DNA of 64,000 nucleotides from Thalia democratica. Taxonomy: Eukaryota. This document shows positions 12,910 to 25,690 of this stretch, one piece after another (position 1 is the first letter of the stretch; each line of letters starts with the position of its first letter). The notes under the pieces are model-generated. The model made no database searches. It was not told where the DNA came from and saw only the letters and a list, made by a program, of their open reading frames with translations. The stretch lies in assembly GCA_965202585.1 (NCBI GenBank), contig OZ241826.1, forward strand, positions 74,090,001 through 74,154,000, given 5' to 3'. Made by a program: the position numbers and the translations under genes.

Positions 12910-13900
12910 CAGATAAGTTTCTAAAATATCTAAATTATTATAAAAATTTAATGATTTGGTATTGGAGTAAAAAAAGATTATTGAGCATTTTAGCAAATCA
13001 TTATTGCTTTATCTGCAATAAAAACATTGCACTTGAAAAAAGAGTAAATGTGAGTATAAGACAAAACTATAAGAACTAAAAAACGTTAGTTAGAAGTTAT
13101 TAGGAGAAACGAATAAACATATACTTAAGCCAGTTTTAACAAAGCACATGATTATCTTCAGTAACTACAGCATGATCAAAAAAAACTTTCATGACAAGTT
13201 ATAAAGTATCAAAAGCAATGACTATAAAGGAGACACCGTTGAGAAATTGAAACTTTTTTAAAGAATTTGTGTTGTCGGTAGTAGAAGTTTTTTGTTTATT
13301 TGTTCAACGACAACAAAAAGTTGTGTTTAAGAAAGGTCCGAAGATTATAAAGCCGCATAAATCAAGTTAGGACTTTCATCGATCTGTTAAGATAAGGGAA
13401 ATGATACAACAAATACTTCTTATCTAAGAATAAATAGAGGTGTTTCCAATAACTTTAACTTTTTAGAAGAACTTCTAGGTTTAGTTCCAATACAAAATAC
13501 AACAATAGGTCAATAAAATTTTAAATCAATGTTGCAACGCAACATTTCAATGAGTGTTGATATTAAGTTTTTGTCACAAACAATGTTGCTACTCCAATTA
13601 TTGCTAGAAACATAATATTAGTTTAATTTTAATTTTGTTTAAAACAAGATTTTAGCATTTCATGCCAAAAACCGTTACAAAAATGCCAACATTGGCAAGA
13701 GATTTTAAAAGTCTTCAAACTAGTCTGACTAAGTCTGAGTGTGTAGCAATGTTTAGTTGTGGCTTAAATTTGAATTATTTCGATTAACAATATACAGCCT
13801 AAATAATTTTACCATCCTAAATAAAGTTTGTAACAAAGAGCGCCTGTGTACATTAGTATACAACTCATAAAAAAACCTAAATTGCCAAAAAATATTATTT
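12910..13900 (+). pseudogene. Degenerate hAT transposase remnants
   Basis: Broken-frame peptides CFICNKNIALEKRVNV (like the Buster/GTF2IRD2 CLIC..IAVLKEYNL motif) and FFKEFVLSVVEVFC (like FIKECLL.AAE.LC). Many stops and frameshifts. Confidence 0.5.
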
Positions 13901-15017
13901 GAAAACAGAAAATTTATACAAAACAAATACTATTAAAACTTTGTTCAACAATTGTTACTTTAGCTAACATTGTTTCTCCTAAAAATATCTGCAGAGCTTT
14001 TAAAGTAACAATATTTAAAAATTTCATAATTAAGCTCTTATGTATTGAGCCATCTAATTCATACAGTTTTCTAACTTATGTAAACAAAACTATTTTATTA
14101 TATGTCATATATATTTTACATGTGTCTGTATACTTTTAGCTATTATATGTAAAAACATTAATAAAAGAAATTGTGCTTAACCTACACTGAATCTTACTTA
14201 AGTATGAAATAAAAAAGTTATTTTAAAAATGAACATCTGTGTACATTGGTATGCATAAGAATTAATTCAAAGTAGACAGACATCTAAAAAAACAAAAGGT
14301 GTCAACACCAAAATAATATAAAACTTATTTCTTATTACAATGTTGTTTATATTTTTAAAAATGTTTGTGTGTACACTGAAATATAAGATATAGTGATAAA
14401 ACATTTATAAGAGAAACTTTAGTATAAATTACATGTTAAACAAAATACCTTAGTTTAAAATAAATGACATTCTACTTAATTACTGTGCATTACTTTTGTA
14501 CACAACAGAAAACGTTTGCATTTGATTTATTTACTAAATATATATGATATAAACAACTTATTAAATCCAAATACTTATTTTAATACTTTATATTTCAGAT
14601 ACTCTATTTTTCAGATCATAATTTGCTATTGTAAAAAGAAAGGTTTTATGAAACTGAGATAAAAACACTGCTTGAACGCTAATCTATCTTTTTACATTTT
14701 TAAGTAAAAACAGTCAAGTCTTTTAATTGTTTTAAAATTTAACAGCTACTTAAACCAAAACTACACAAGTTAAACCAAATCAATAAAAAAAAAAAACCTA
14801 AAATACACTTTTGCTCAGCGAGCCACATTTACATGCTCGCGGGCCGCAGAATTTTCTTTCGAGGGCCGCATTCCATATAAAAAAAGAAACACGCTCGCGG
14901 ACCGCAGATTTACCCTTTGAGGGCCGCCGTTGGCACGCGGGCCGCAGTTTGCCGATTCCTGAACTAATCAAACAACTAAAATTCACAAAAACCACAGTTA
15001 AGTGACTGTAAAATACT

Positions 15018-16036
15018 TCAACATTTTTTGTATTTTAAGAGGAGCTTTTTCATATGTCGAAATAACTTTATGAATTTAATCCTCTTATTTAAAATACCAT
15101 CCTTTTTTAACGCATACATAACGGCTGTTGATTCTTTTAAGCACAGCCTACAAACAGGATTTTTATCATTTCCTATTGGCTGCGCTCTTTTTATCACCTC
15201 CCTAGTTAATTTAAAATCAATGTTTTTGTACTTCAGGCCGCAAACATACTTCGAAAGCTCAGCCTCATTTTCGTATACACCACCTTTAAAAGATTTTTTA
15301 TGGTTAGCATACCGAAATCTGAAGTGAGTTGAGCATAAGCCGATGTAGAACTTATTTTTAAGGTCAGAGTTAACTGTTGCTTTGTAAATAATGTTCTCTG
15401 AACGGCAATTACCCCTTTTCAAATCATATTTACAGCCACCAGCGCAATTACACTGATTTTTGATCAAATTACTTTTGTTTAAAACCCTTTGATTGTGTGA
15501 CTTAATTAATCTCTTCAAATTCGCCATACGTGAATAACTGATTTGCATATTATGTTTATTAAAGATCTTTGATAATAGGTTATTTTAGTTGAAATGTTCT
15601 TTTTCTAGATTTATAAATTCTCTGCCAATATTTGTTTTGACTGAAGCTCAAAATGGAAGATTATACCAAATTATATTTCGCTTTCTTTTATTTCTATTGG
15701 TCGTTTTGTTTTTTTCACTCCGTTGTTTCAACATTAAATTTATCATTGTAACCGCATTTTTTTGTTATTAATTCTTACTTTGTCTTTAAAAAGTTTTCTT
15801 CGTTGCTTGATCTTTTTTCTAAATGTTTATTATTTATATTTGGTGTTTGTTTTATAATATTTTTTTGGTAGCTAGAAAATTTATTTATATACATAAATTT
15901 TGCGTTTTGCTTTTTATAAGGCATATGGGAGAGATCATACAAGTTGAACTTCTTCAAATCTATGGGTTTACGAGTCTCTGTTGAACCACCAATGTTGATG
16001 ACTGACTACCTGGATGTAAAGCTCAACTTGTATGAT
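15018..16036 (-). mobile_element. 5'-truncated Penelope-like retroelement (RT thumb plus GIY-YIG endonuclease, Neptune-like)
   Basis: 15018-15548 reads CNC..GC..CRSENIIYKATV..FYIGLCST.FRFRYANH..CRLCLKE, a PLE GIY-YIG domain with a Cys-rich linker. 15775-15957 reads FNLYDLSHMPYKKQN..YINKFS, a PLE RT thumb. An inverted RT piece (DYLDVKLNL) lies at 15961-16036 on the + strand. Confidence 0.8.
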
Positions 16037-16409
16037 AGTTTTATATTTTTAGTTAACATCTATTTGAATGTATAAATTTGGATATTTGAAGTAAAAAAAG
16101 TAATATTTTGCACAAGTGTCCTACAAAGTGAAAAATTTTAAGCTAATAAGGTTTTGTAATTAAGCTTATGTGTAATAGTCATATATCGGTTTTGATTTAT
16201 TAATATTTATCTAACGCAAAAGAAACAAAACACTTACTACTCAGCAATCACAACAGCAGTAGACTCTTTAGCTGCTATATTAGTTCTACTAATTATTTTG
16301 GTTAACTTTTTTTTTGGTTTTATTTGTTTTAGTTAGTGATGTACCGGACTCACTATCCGGGTCCGGGTCCGGCCGGATATTGCCATTTTTGTCTGATATC
16401 CGGATCCGG

Positions 16410-16545
16410 CCGGATTCTAATTTGAAAAAAAAGTCCGGATCCGGTTCCGGCCGGATTCTAATTTAAAAAAAAAGTCCGGGTCCGGTTCCGGCCGGATTCT
16501 AATTTGAAAAAAAAGTCCGGATCCGGGTCCGGCCGGATCCTAACA
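16410..16545. repeat. 41-bp tandem repeat (about 3 units)
   Basis: Unit CCGGATTCTAATTTGAAAAAAAAGTCCGGATCCGGTTCCGG starts at 16410, 16451, 16492 and 16533. Confidence 0.9.
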
Positions 16546-18386
16546 GAGATCCGGCCGGACCCGGATCTAGTTAGTAAAAAAGAGCATACTGAAAAGTATT
16601 TTTTCAAAAACAAACCCTGTGTAAATTAATAAGAGTCATTTTCGTCAATTAAAATTAAACACATACCGTGATTGGCTCATTTTGTACACGTGACTAATTT
16701 ACATTTGTTTACATTTAAATCATGAGATAAACATTTCATGAAATGCAACTCTTTACATATGTTGTAAAATTGAAAACTTTGGAATGAATACTTGCATTAT
16801 TTATTGTTTAAAGTTGAGCTCAGAGAATATTTAGATTTAATACGGTTGAATGTACGAGCCAATGAGAACCATATGACCATGTTTCAAACTAAGTACTGAT
16901 GCAACAAAACATCAGAACATGACAGGCAGTTTATATGTAAGCAGTTAGTTAGTTTGGTGTGTAGCTTAAAGCAACAAAATATCTTGAACGTTTTTGTGAA
17001 TGCTTATTGTAAGTAGTGTTTTTTTTTTAAAGTGAATATTTCAACAGGTGTTTAATTGTTTAAACATTTAAGCCAGGTTTATAGTTTAATAGTTTACTAA
17101 AAATTTTACCATTTCTTGTTTACTAAAATTTTTAGTTAATTTTTAGTTTTTTGTTATAAGTCTTTTGATATAGATTTAAATAGCTTCCGGTTTTTAAATT
17201 GTTACCAAAGTAATTAATAATTTTGTGTATGCTAGCATTTCTTGTTGTGTTTTATATAAAAGATTCATCACTCAAAACTATCGTGTCTGATTATAGAAAA
17301 TAGTCTCAGTTAGAATTTAGTATTTGTTAGATATTAATTAAATAAGGTAGGATTTAATCATGATGGGTAGTACTAATAAGTTAAGTATACCACAATCAGT
17401 CCACAACTTTACTACCAAATTGTCAACCTTTGCTAGCTGTTCTACTGATTATTAGATTAAAGTAATTTTTTCAGTTTTTAAAAACCTCGACTGCCTCAGG
17501 CTAGTTTAGTTTTTTATAAAAACTCAGGCTAGTTTTCTTTTAGATTTTGAATGAGTTTGAGCTTGTCGCTAACCCGGGATCTACTTATACAATTTTATCG
17601 GCCTGATTTATATAACGCAACGTGCGCTCTAACTTGTATAGTAGATGCCCCAAGATAACGCTTAAATTATAGTCGACTTAAATAAACTAATATGAATTAC
17701 TTACTATTTACTAAAGGTTTAATAAATCAGTTACTTATACTTATTTAAACTTAGTTCGAATCTGTGATAATGATTATATTTACAATGAATTTGCGAAACG
17801 AAAAGATGATAAAATACTGCACAACATTACACTAATAAACCAAATTATCAATTCGTTTAAAAGACGACAATACTCGAATAAAAGAAACTAAAGACTAAAT
17901 GTTTAAACCAAACTCAAAAAGTGTTCTAAAATCGAAATCAACTCGACAACAAGATTGAAACCATTAAAACTTAAGTGCAGCGAAAAGCTGCACTGACTTC
18001 AGTCTGCTGCAATGCATTAGAAACTAAAAAAAAGTCAAAATTACGCGAGATTGTTGAATTTATACTCGCTTGAGAGAAAAGAAGAAAGTAAAAAAGAGAC
18101 AATTGCCACTAGAGTGGCACAAGGTGATCCAGTTTTCAATATTTTGTTATTTTCTTGTGTATTTTGTTCAAGAACTTGATTTCAGATTTTTAATTTTAAT
18201 TAACACCTAAATTTGTAAACCTTGTGACTAGCTGTTCTACTTATTATTAGATTAAAGTTCTTTTTTTTTCAGTTTTTAAAAACCTCATTCTGACTCAGGC
18301 TAGTTTATTCTAGTGATGTACCGGACTCACTATCCGGGTCCGGGTCCGGCCGGATATTGCCATTTCTGTCTGATATCCGGATCCGG

Positions 18387-18550
18387 CCGGATTCTAATTT
18401 GAAAAAAAAGTCCGGATCCGGTTCCGACCGGACTCTAATTTGAAAAAAAAAGTCCGGATCCGGTTCCGGCCGGATTCTAATTTGAAAAAAAAGTCCGGAT
18501 CCGGTTCCGGCCGGATTCTAATTTGAAAAAAAAGTCCGGATCCGGGTCCG
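18387..18550. repeat. 41-bp tandem repeat (4 units), second array in the same orientation
   Basis: The same unit starts at 18387, 18428, 18469 and 18510. Confidence 0.9.
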
Positions 18551-18956
18551 GCCGGACCCGAAATTGTGGGTCCGGTACATCACTAGTTTTAGTCTCATAT
18601 TTTCTATTCCCTACTTTTTTCATTGTACTCTTCAACAACAAAACCTTCAGTATATACACAACAACGAGTACAAATAGAAAGAATAAGTATCCAAAACAAA
18701 TTTCCTATACTGTCCTGTGAAATATAATTTTAAAATATTTATGAATTACTGTTTTACTAAAACTTCATGATTATTTCTTAAAACTATTTTAGATATTATA
18801 GTGTACATAATATGTTTTATACTTTGATTTGATTAAAGAAATTTCTATTTTGCTGTGAAATTTGTATTAAAACGTATAAACTTAACTAATTGTAGTCTAA
18901 TATTATGTCTAATTATTTATGTATAGTATAACGCTTGTAAAATTGTTTAAGACGTT

Positions 18957-19094
18957 TGATCATATCAATTTGGTCATCAGACCACAAGCTTTCAGTAGAC
19001 TGAGGCCAATTTCGTCCTGATGAGTCCTAATCAGGACGAAACCGGTCTCAGTCTACTGAAAGCTAGTGGTCTGATGATCGAATTGGTATGATCA
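18957..19094 (+). ncRNA. 138-nt fold-back hairpin containing a hammerhead ribozyme core
   Basis: 65-nt arms 18957-19021 and 19030-19094 are complementary at 58 of 65 positions around an 8-nt loop. CTGATGA (19017-23), GTCCT-aatc-AGGAC, GAAA-CCGG-TC (to 19047) form the hammerhead core, stem II and palindromic stem III. Confidence 0.75.
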
Positions 19095-19309
19095 ACCCTT
19101 ATAAACTTGAGCTTGTCTCACGGCATATGAAAGTCCAGGCTTCAGCTCTGTAGACTTTCACCAATGTTTTTATATACTTTTTATTTAATCTTTATTTCTT
19201 AGGTCTAAATGTTTTTTTTCTGTTAACTTCAATGTCTCTAAAAAAATTACTAATTAGTTAATACAACATAACTGATTTTTTTGCTGCTATTTTTTATTCT
19301 TTTCTTTTG

Positions 19310-20750
19310 ACAGTATAGTGCTTATTCATTTATCCGGACTTCTATTATCCGGACAGTTTTAGTCGAGAAAAAGTTTCAAAAAAATTTTAAAATTAAACAC
19401 AATATTTTTTTGTGATACAAATATTTAATCTTTCATGCTGTATGAAAATTTAAAGTGATTTTATAGGTTTTGCAATTTATTCATTATTATGAAGTAATAA
19501 TTCTACTAAAGCTTACATTCAAACTTTATTCAAAACTTGTTTAGATATTAAAAATCTTTGTATTTAAAGTAAGTCTGTTTAACTTTTTTTAGAACATTGT
19601 AGTTAAAAATAATTTATGAAGTATTTTATTTAAACTTTTAAAGTTTTTTTGGCAGTTGATTAAATTTATAAGTTTTTTTTTTGAATTATTTTTGATATAT
19701 ATTTTTATTGTAATTATATCTATTCAGAGAGTAATATTTATTTTCTACCAATATTAATAAAAAATTGATATAACTTTATTTAAACTATTAAAAAACTATC
19801 ATAAGGTATATATTTGAATTAAAACATTGAGATAAACATACTTTTGTTGTTTACTTATTTTTAATACTTCACAGTATAGCACTTAAAAATAACTTAGAGT
19901 AATATAAAAGTCAAATTCACAATAAACATCACCATAAAAACTACAAAAATTGGTAAAAACTAAAAACAAATGCTGTAACTTTTGTGTGCTTTTTGAATAT
20001 TTTTTATCGTTTGACTTTCGAGCACCTTACTCTAGCTTACATATTTCAAATAAAATCGCTGAGAAAAAATGACTAAATCTAAAAACATACTCCTGGGAGA
20101 CTTTAATGGCCAATATTAACTATTATTCAGTAACCACTTCATTAATAAATAAACGGAAAATACATTACAAAAATATTAACTAAACTACCTTAAAAGAGAA
20201 TTTAAATATAATTTTTTTATTCTTTTGTTTAAAATCTTTTATTATAAATATTTATCTTAAAACTTAGTAAGTGGAAAAAAAATTACTAAAACGTATAGTC
20301 TGAAAAAACTAACTTATGTTAGAAAAAGGTATAAGCAAAGGCAGTTCAGTTGAAATTCAAAATATAGATTTCGGAACTTTCATAAAATTTTTACTAAAAG
20401 TTATTTTCCGCCGTTCAATAAACAATATAGTTTAAGTTTTTAGTAACTGCTTATCAATTACCAATACTTATATGGTCTTTATACTTGCATTCACAATTTA
20501 AATGTTCCAGATTTTCCATAGTCAGCTGTAAATTCTATAATTCAAATTAATTCCAAGTAGCTAAATGCTATTTTCCAAATACATAGTAGATTCCAAAACT
20601 AATAATATTATGCTTGTATTTAAATTCAAAATTGACTTGAAGATTTCAATTGAGAAATAGATAAATATTTATCAGAATAAATTTCTGAACAGAAAGTCTT
20701 TGATCTTGAGCATATAATTTTATTGGTTTTGACATCTTGTATATTGAATA
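19310..20750 (-). mobile_element. Possible highly decayed pogo/Tigger-type transposon remnant
   Basis: CAGT-start segment with TTATCCGGAC repeats at about 19310-19355. Faint minus-strand peptides resemble pogo DDE motifs (QGII.NMKA, SIGN..NL..VY). Confidence 0.3.
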
Positions 20751-21701
20751 CAGTTAAAAAAAAAGAATATGTTTATACCACAAAGTGTTTAATTTAGTTT
20801 TATGGTTTAATAACATCAGTCACTCTACCCTCTGCATCAATAAACGTTTTTGGGCATAACAAGGGTGTTACATCATATGTAATTTTACCTGCCCCGTTAG
20901 TATTTAAGTTTTAAGTATTAAAAAAAAAAGAAAACTATCTTTTAAACAGTTGTAAAAAACCTTGGCCATGCAACATTTGAATAACACTCACAAGGCTAAA
21001 ATCTAAAAATAACAAAGAGTGGGAAAATCATGAAACTAAAATTCCCAATCAGGTGTTTACTTCATTTGTTCATGTCAATAACATTATCATGGTTTAAAGT
21101 TACTTTTTTTTTAAGTTACAAACTCACATTCAACTCTAAAAGAATATTTTTAAGATTTTTGAGGTAGGGATGTGATGTTATCTGTTAAAAGTGAATATTA
21201 TAGGCCTATAAGAGGGTCCACCTTGCTTTTTATAAGTTGGTCTTGTTTTTTTTTCATTTTATCTAAGCTGTTAGAGTCTTTTTACAACTAGAAAATTCAA
21301 ACTAAGTTTGTTGATATAGGAATTCACTAACCTTAAATTCTTAAAAATTGTTATCAAATTTTTGCATTTATTTTAGAAATTTTTTAAAATGTTTTTATTA
21401 AACATAGTTTTTCATTTAAAAGAGTTATTTTAACAAAGAAAGTTCCAGTTTTTCATTTTATTTAAAATTTACATTCTAACTATTTTCATACTTTACTAGA
21501 ATTATTTTGAGCTTATTAATTTATATTTCATAAAATTTTAGGTCTTTAGCTAAAAAGTTATTGTTTTTGTAAAAGTAATGCCCATCCTATAGTCATAAAT
21601 TAAGGTTATTAGTGAAAAATTTATTTACCAAAACTTTTTTTATATGTTATTATACATATTTAAAGTATATATACTAATATTAAATGTATTTATGTTATAT
21701 A

Positions 21702-22118
21702 CAGGGTTGCCGTTTTACCTGGAAAAAAATCTGGATTTTGACAATTTAGGCGAAAAAACCTGGAACTTTGGAAATTAAAAAAAAAAAACCTGGAAAACTT
21801 TGAATTTTAAACAAATATCACTAAAAAAACATTGAAAAACCTGGAATTTAAACAATTTTCAGTTGTAAAATTTCATTTTGACTCAAAAAATCTACCATAT
21901 AAATAAAAAATTTTTATCATCATAAAAAAAAAAATATTGAAAAACATATTTAAAGTAGCTTTACAGTATCTTTTCAATGTTTTTATGCTATTTAAAACAG
22001 TTTCTTACCTAAACTTAACTTTAAACTAAAAATAGACCCAAAAATGTGTACTTTTAAAAACCTGGAAGAAATTTGGAAAACCTGAAAAAAATTTTTGAAA
22101 AAACAAAAGGCAACCCTA
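21702..22118. mobile_element. CAGGGTTGCCA-family MITE
   Basis: Ends CAGGGTTGCC and GGCAACCCT(A), inserted in (TA)n. Internal sequence is collinear with 4546-4988. Confidence 0.75.
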
Positions 22119-22186
22119 TATATATATTTAATTTTTTTTTAATGTCTACATATATTTATCTTTACATTTTTGTTATTGTTAAATAA

Positions 22187-23465
22187 AGGGTAGGGAGTAC
22201 TTGGGAGATATTTGCTTGAATTATGAGGGGATATGATTTGGATGTGTTTTGGCTTCATTAAGAAGAATCTAAAAAAAAAAAGTCAATGCCCAAAAAACTA
22301 ATTTCAACCCCAAAAGTTGCATATTTTTCAATTTTTTTACTTTAACAGTAATAAAATCACTTATACATGTCCTAGACTTATAATTTATATCTTAAATGAA
22401 AGCTTACAATTTTAGTCATAAGTTATAGACTTTTCAACTGCTTTTCAATTTTCAAACTTTATTAAGGAGTTATGTTATACTTTGGTTTTTGTTACAACAT
22501 ATCTTTCACCAAATACTTTGGTGTAATGTAAATAGAGGGCTTTCCAATATGCAGAAACACAGTCTTGCACCTTTTTTGGTTTTGGCGTACAACAAATGCT
22601 TAAGATATTAATAACAAAGTGCACCAAGCATTTTGTGAAGGATATGTTATATCAAAAACAGAAGTAAAACAAAACTTGTTAGTAATTGTAATTGATTACT
22701 TTAGTTAAGTGCATCTAGAGCAGGGTTTCCCAAAGTGGGCCGAGTGGCCCCCTAGGGGCCATGACAGATACTCAGGGGGCCATGAGCAGCAATGGGGGAA
22801 GAGGGGGCCATGAGGCCATAACTTGAAACTTACTCTAGATATTCTTGAGTTGCAGATGAAGAGCAAAAAACAAAGTCTTATGTGTATTTTATGGTAGTTT
22901 AGAAACTTACACTAGATATTCTTGAGTTGCAGACAAAGAGCAAAAAAAAAAGGTCTTTGGTGTTTTTTATCGTAGTTTATGAGTAATCTTGTTGAATGGG
23001 GCCATTGTTTTTTTCAGTTTCTTTAAAGGGGGCCATTTGCAAAAAAGTTTGGGAAACCCTGATCTATATAAACAAGCAATTGAAATTACATTACATTAGT
23101 TGACTGACTCCACACATTTGAAATTCAAAATGAAAGAAACTATAAGTAAAAACAGCAGTAAAATTTGTTTTTTATATTAGAAAAAAGTAAATATTGTAGA
23201 GACAAAACTGGTATATTTTGTTTAATTATGTTGCATAATATATCAAAAGTAGTTGAAGTGTTCTTAAATATATGCCTTTAATTATAATTTCATTTAAGAT
23301 GTAAATTATAAGCCTAGGACATGTTTAAGTGACTTTATCACTATTTAGTTAAACATAAAATAAATATGAGATTTTTACTGTTTAAATCAGGTTTCTTAGG
23401 TGCTGAATGTTTTTACTTTTTTTTTCTTTTTAAGGTATCCTAAAAACATTCGAATCATATGTTTA
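22187..23465. mobile_element. Second, decayed copy of the long-TIR MULE-type foldback element
   Basis: Left arm AGGGTAGGGAGTAC (22187 to about 22445) and an inverted arm at about 23075-23465 are homologous to 945-2495. Interrupted by the hAT MITE at 22721. Confidence 0.6.
22721..23061. mobile_element. hAT (Charlie-type) MITE with GGGGGCCA subterminal repeats
   Basis: TIRs CAGGGTTTCCCAAA and TTTGGGAAACCCTG. Flanks ATCTAGAG/ATCTATAT fit the nTCTAGAn target preference. Confidence 0.8.
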
Positions 23466-23499
23466 AATGAGTCCAGCAAACATCACTTAAGTACTTCAT

Positions 23500-24035
23500 A
23501 ACCCTATTAAAACCAATTGTTTGTAAGCAAAAAACGACTAACCAGATACTTTGCCGTGCCTGCCCTGATCACAACAAAACTTTTATTTGAAAAAACTGGT
23601 GTGCTGAAATTAAATGATGTGTATGAATTGCAATTTTGTAAATTAATGCACAATACTTATATAGGGTTTGGTGTAGAGCACAATAGATTTACGCATAAAG
23701 TTAGTTCTGTTCAGTCAAACAACACAATATTTAAAAAAATAATAACTGAAAGACCTAGAACAAGACTTGGCCTTAACTGCCTTAGGTATTTAAGTCCAAA
23801 GTTTTAGTCTAGCGTCCCAGAAATTAAAAAAAAAAAATTTTAAATATAGTTTTAAACATTTTTCATTAGATAACTACAAGGAGCAGATCTAGAGTGCTTA
23901 TGTATGTATGTTTTACTTGTATTGAAATTTGATGCAAGTTATATAATTATATATAGCAGAGTATGACAGGTCTTTATATTTTATGATTATCTGGCTAATG
24001 TAAGAGTATTGTTATAAATTATTGAAATAAATTAA
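23500..24035 (+). mobile_element. 3' fragment of a CR1/L2-type LINE
   Basis: ORF 23517-23807, KTGVLKLNDVYELQFCKLMHN..PRTRLGLNCLRYLSPKF, matches the ORF2 C-terminus of CR1/L2 elements. It is followed by a 3' UTR ending near AATAAA. Confidence 0.65.
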
Positions 24036-24736
24036 ATGTATTGTTAAGCTGTTTAATTTATTATCTTCATGTTACAGTGTTTGTTCAAGACAGCTAATTT
24101 ATCAATATCTTTTTTTTGTAAACTAGAGGTAAAAGTCAAAGTATTTTTTTTATGAGTTTTATGTTAATCCAATACTAACAAAATTTTATGTTACATTTAT
24201 TTTGTTAATTTTTTATTATAAAAAGTTGTGACAGTTATTATATGATTATATCGTTGATGTGTTTTTTTTTTTGCAGGCAGATACTTGCTTGGGGATTTGA
24301 GCTTAATGATTTTTTCCATACTTTGTGGTTTTTAGTGTTGAGATTTCAACCTTTAGAAGTGTTTGCAAATGACAGGTCACCAAGGAATATTTTTGAAGTT
24401 AAAAAGATAGTTTTTATTTTTTGATTAGTTTTATGTTAATTTTAAAAGGGCAGTGATGACAAATTGCTTGCTTGACCTTCAAAAAACGTATATCATTGTA
24501 GAGGGAAGAGTAAGTCTGACGTTTTTCTACCATAAAAAAAATAATAAATAAATTTTGTTTGAAACTCCAGGTTTTTCCAGACTATTTTTGCTAATTTGAC
24601 AAATTCCAGGTTTTTCTAGGATTTCAGGTTTTTTGGCAACTCCTGTTGATACTGTGCAATTTAAAAAAATTAAATAATTTTATAGACTAATAATCTTTTA
24701 TTATGACCGGAATAATATTTAAATTTGTATTTAAGT

Positions 24737-25690
24737 AGGGGTAGGGAGTACAGCACTTTTTTTTGGTCATATTGTAAAATTCTTATGAGGGGATATGAAT
24801 TGGATGTGTTTTAGACTGATTAAGAAGAATATAAAAAAAAAAGAAATTTTTCAAAAAGCAAAGTCCCTGCCCAAAAAACTAATTACAACCCCTAAAGTTG
24901 CATATTTTTTGATTTCTTGACTTTAATAGTAATAAAATCACTTATACATGTCCTAGACTTATAATATATACCTTAAATGAAAGCTTATAATTGTAGTCAT
25001 AAGTATTAGACTTTTCAACTGCTTTTGATGTATTATGATGTCATTATTACACAAAATATGCAAATTTTGTCTGTAATAATTTTTTTTTTCTTATTTAAAA
25101 GGCAACTTCTTCTGCTGTTTTCACTTTTAGTTCTTTTGATTTTGAATATAAAATGTGTGGAGTGAGCTAGCCAGAAAGATATTACTGATGTAACGCCATT
25201 TCAATTACATGTTGATAAAGATATTGAATACATTATAAATCACTTTCCATTATTAGAAATCATGATTATTGAGAGCACTTATCTAAGAGTAAAAGATCTA
25301 GAACTAAACATCATTGAAACTGGATGTAAAATTATTAAGAATAGTCTAGTTTTATGTTTAAATAAAAAGAGTTTTTAATTAATTAAACAATAACTATTTA
25401 TCTGTATTAAGTTTTTTATTTTTGCTTCAAGTATGTTGTTGTTTTCACATTACTATTAGTAAGTTTATAAAGTGTTATACATGAAATTTAATTAAAACTA
25501 AGTTTGTTTAAATATTTCAATTCTCTAATTCAAAAGCATATTGTCAAATCCTTTTTTAGTTTTAAATTCATAGCAGTTTATCATTATTGTAATTACTTGC
25601 ATAAATGTTATTCACAATACTGAGCACTTAGCAAGGTATAAACTTTTATCTATAAAATATATAAGAGCTTATATCTTGCTAAGGGCTATA
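24737..25690. mobile_element. Third copy (left arm and centre) of the long-TIR MULE-type element
   Basis: Begins AGGGGTAGGGAGTAC and is collinear with 945-1880. Confidence 0.7.

Larger units (their letters stand above)
11250..14961 (+). mobile_element. Decayed hAT transposon (Buster/GTF2IRD2-type), 3.7 kb
   Basis: Imperfect TIRs CAGGGGTCGGCA and TGCCGATTCCTG. Exact 8-bp TSD AACTAATC at 11242-11249 and 14962-14969. CGCGGGCCGCA subterminal motifs at both ends. Confidence 0.75.
16334..18585. mobile_element. Non-autonomous hAT element (TAG-terminal, Ac/Tip100-like) with CCGG-rich subterminal arrays
   Basis: TIRs TAGTGATGTACCGGA and TCCGGTACATCACTA. Exact 8-bp TSD GTTTTAGT at 16326-16333 and 18586-18593. 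Confidence 0.72.

Noticed and set aside
16410-18550. Regularly spaced 41-bp palindrome-rich repeats resembling a CRISPR array
   Set aside because: No unique spacers and no cas genes; they are hAT subterminal repeats in eukaryotic DNA.
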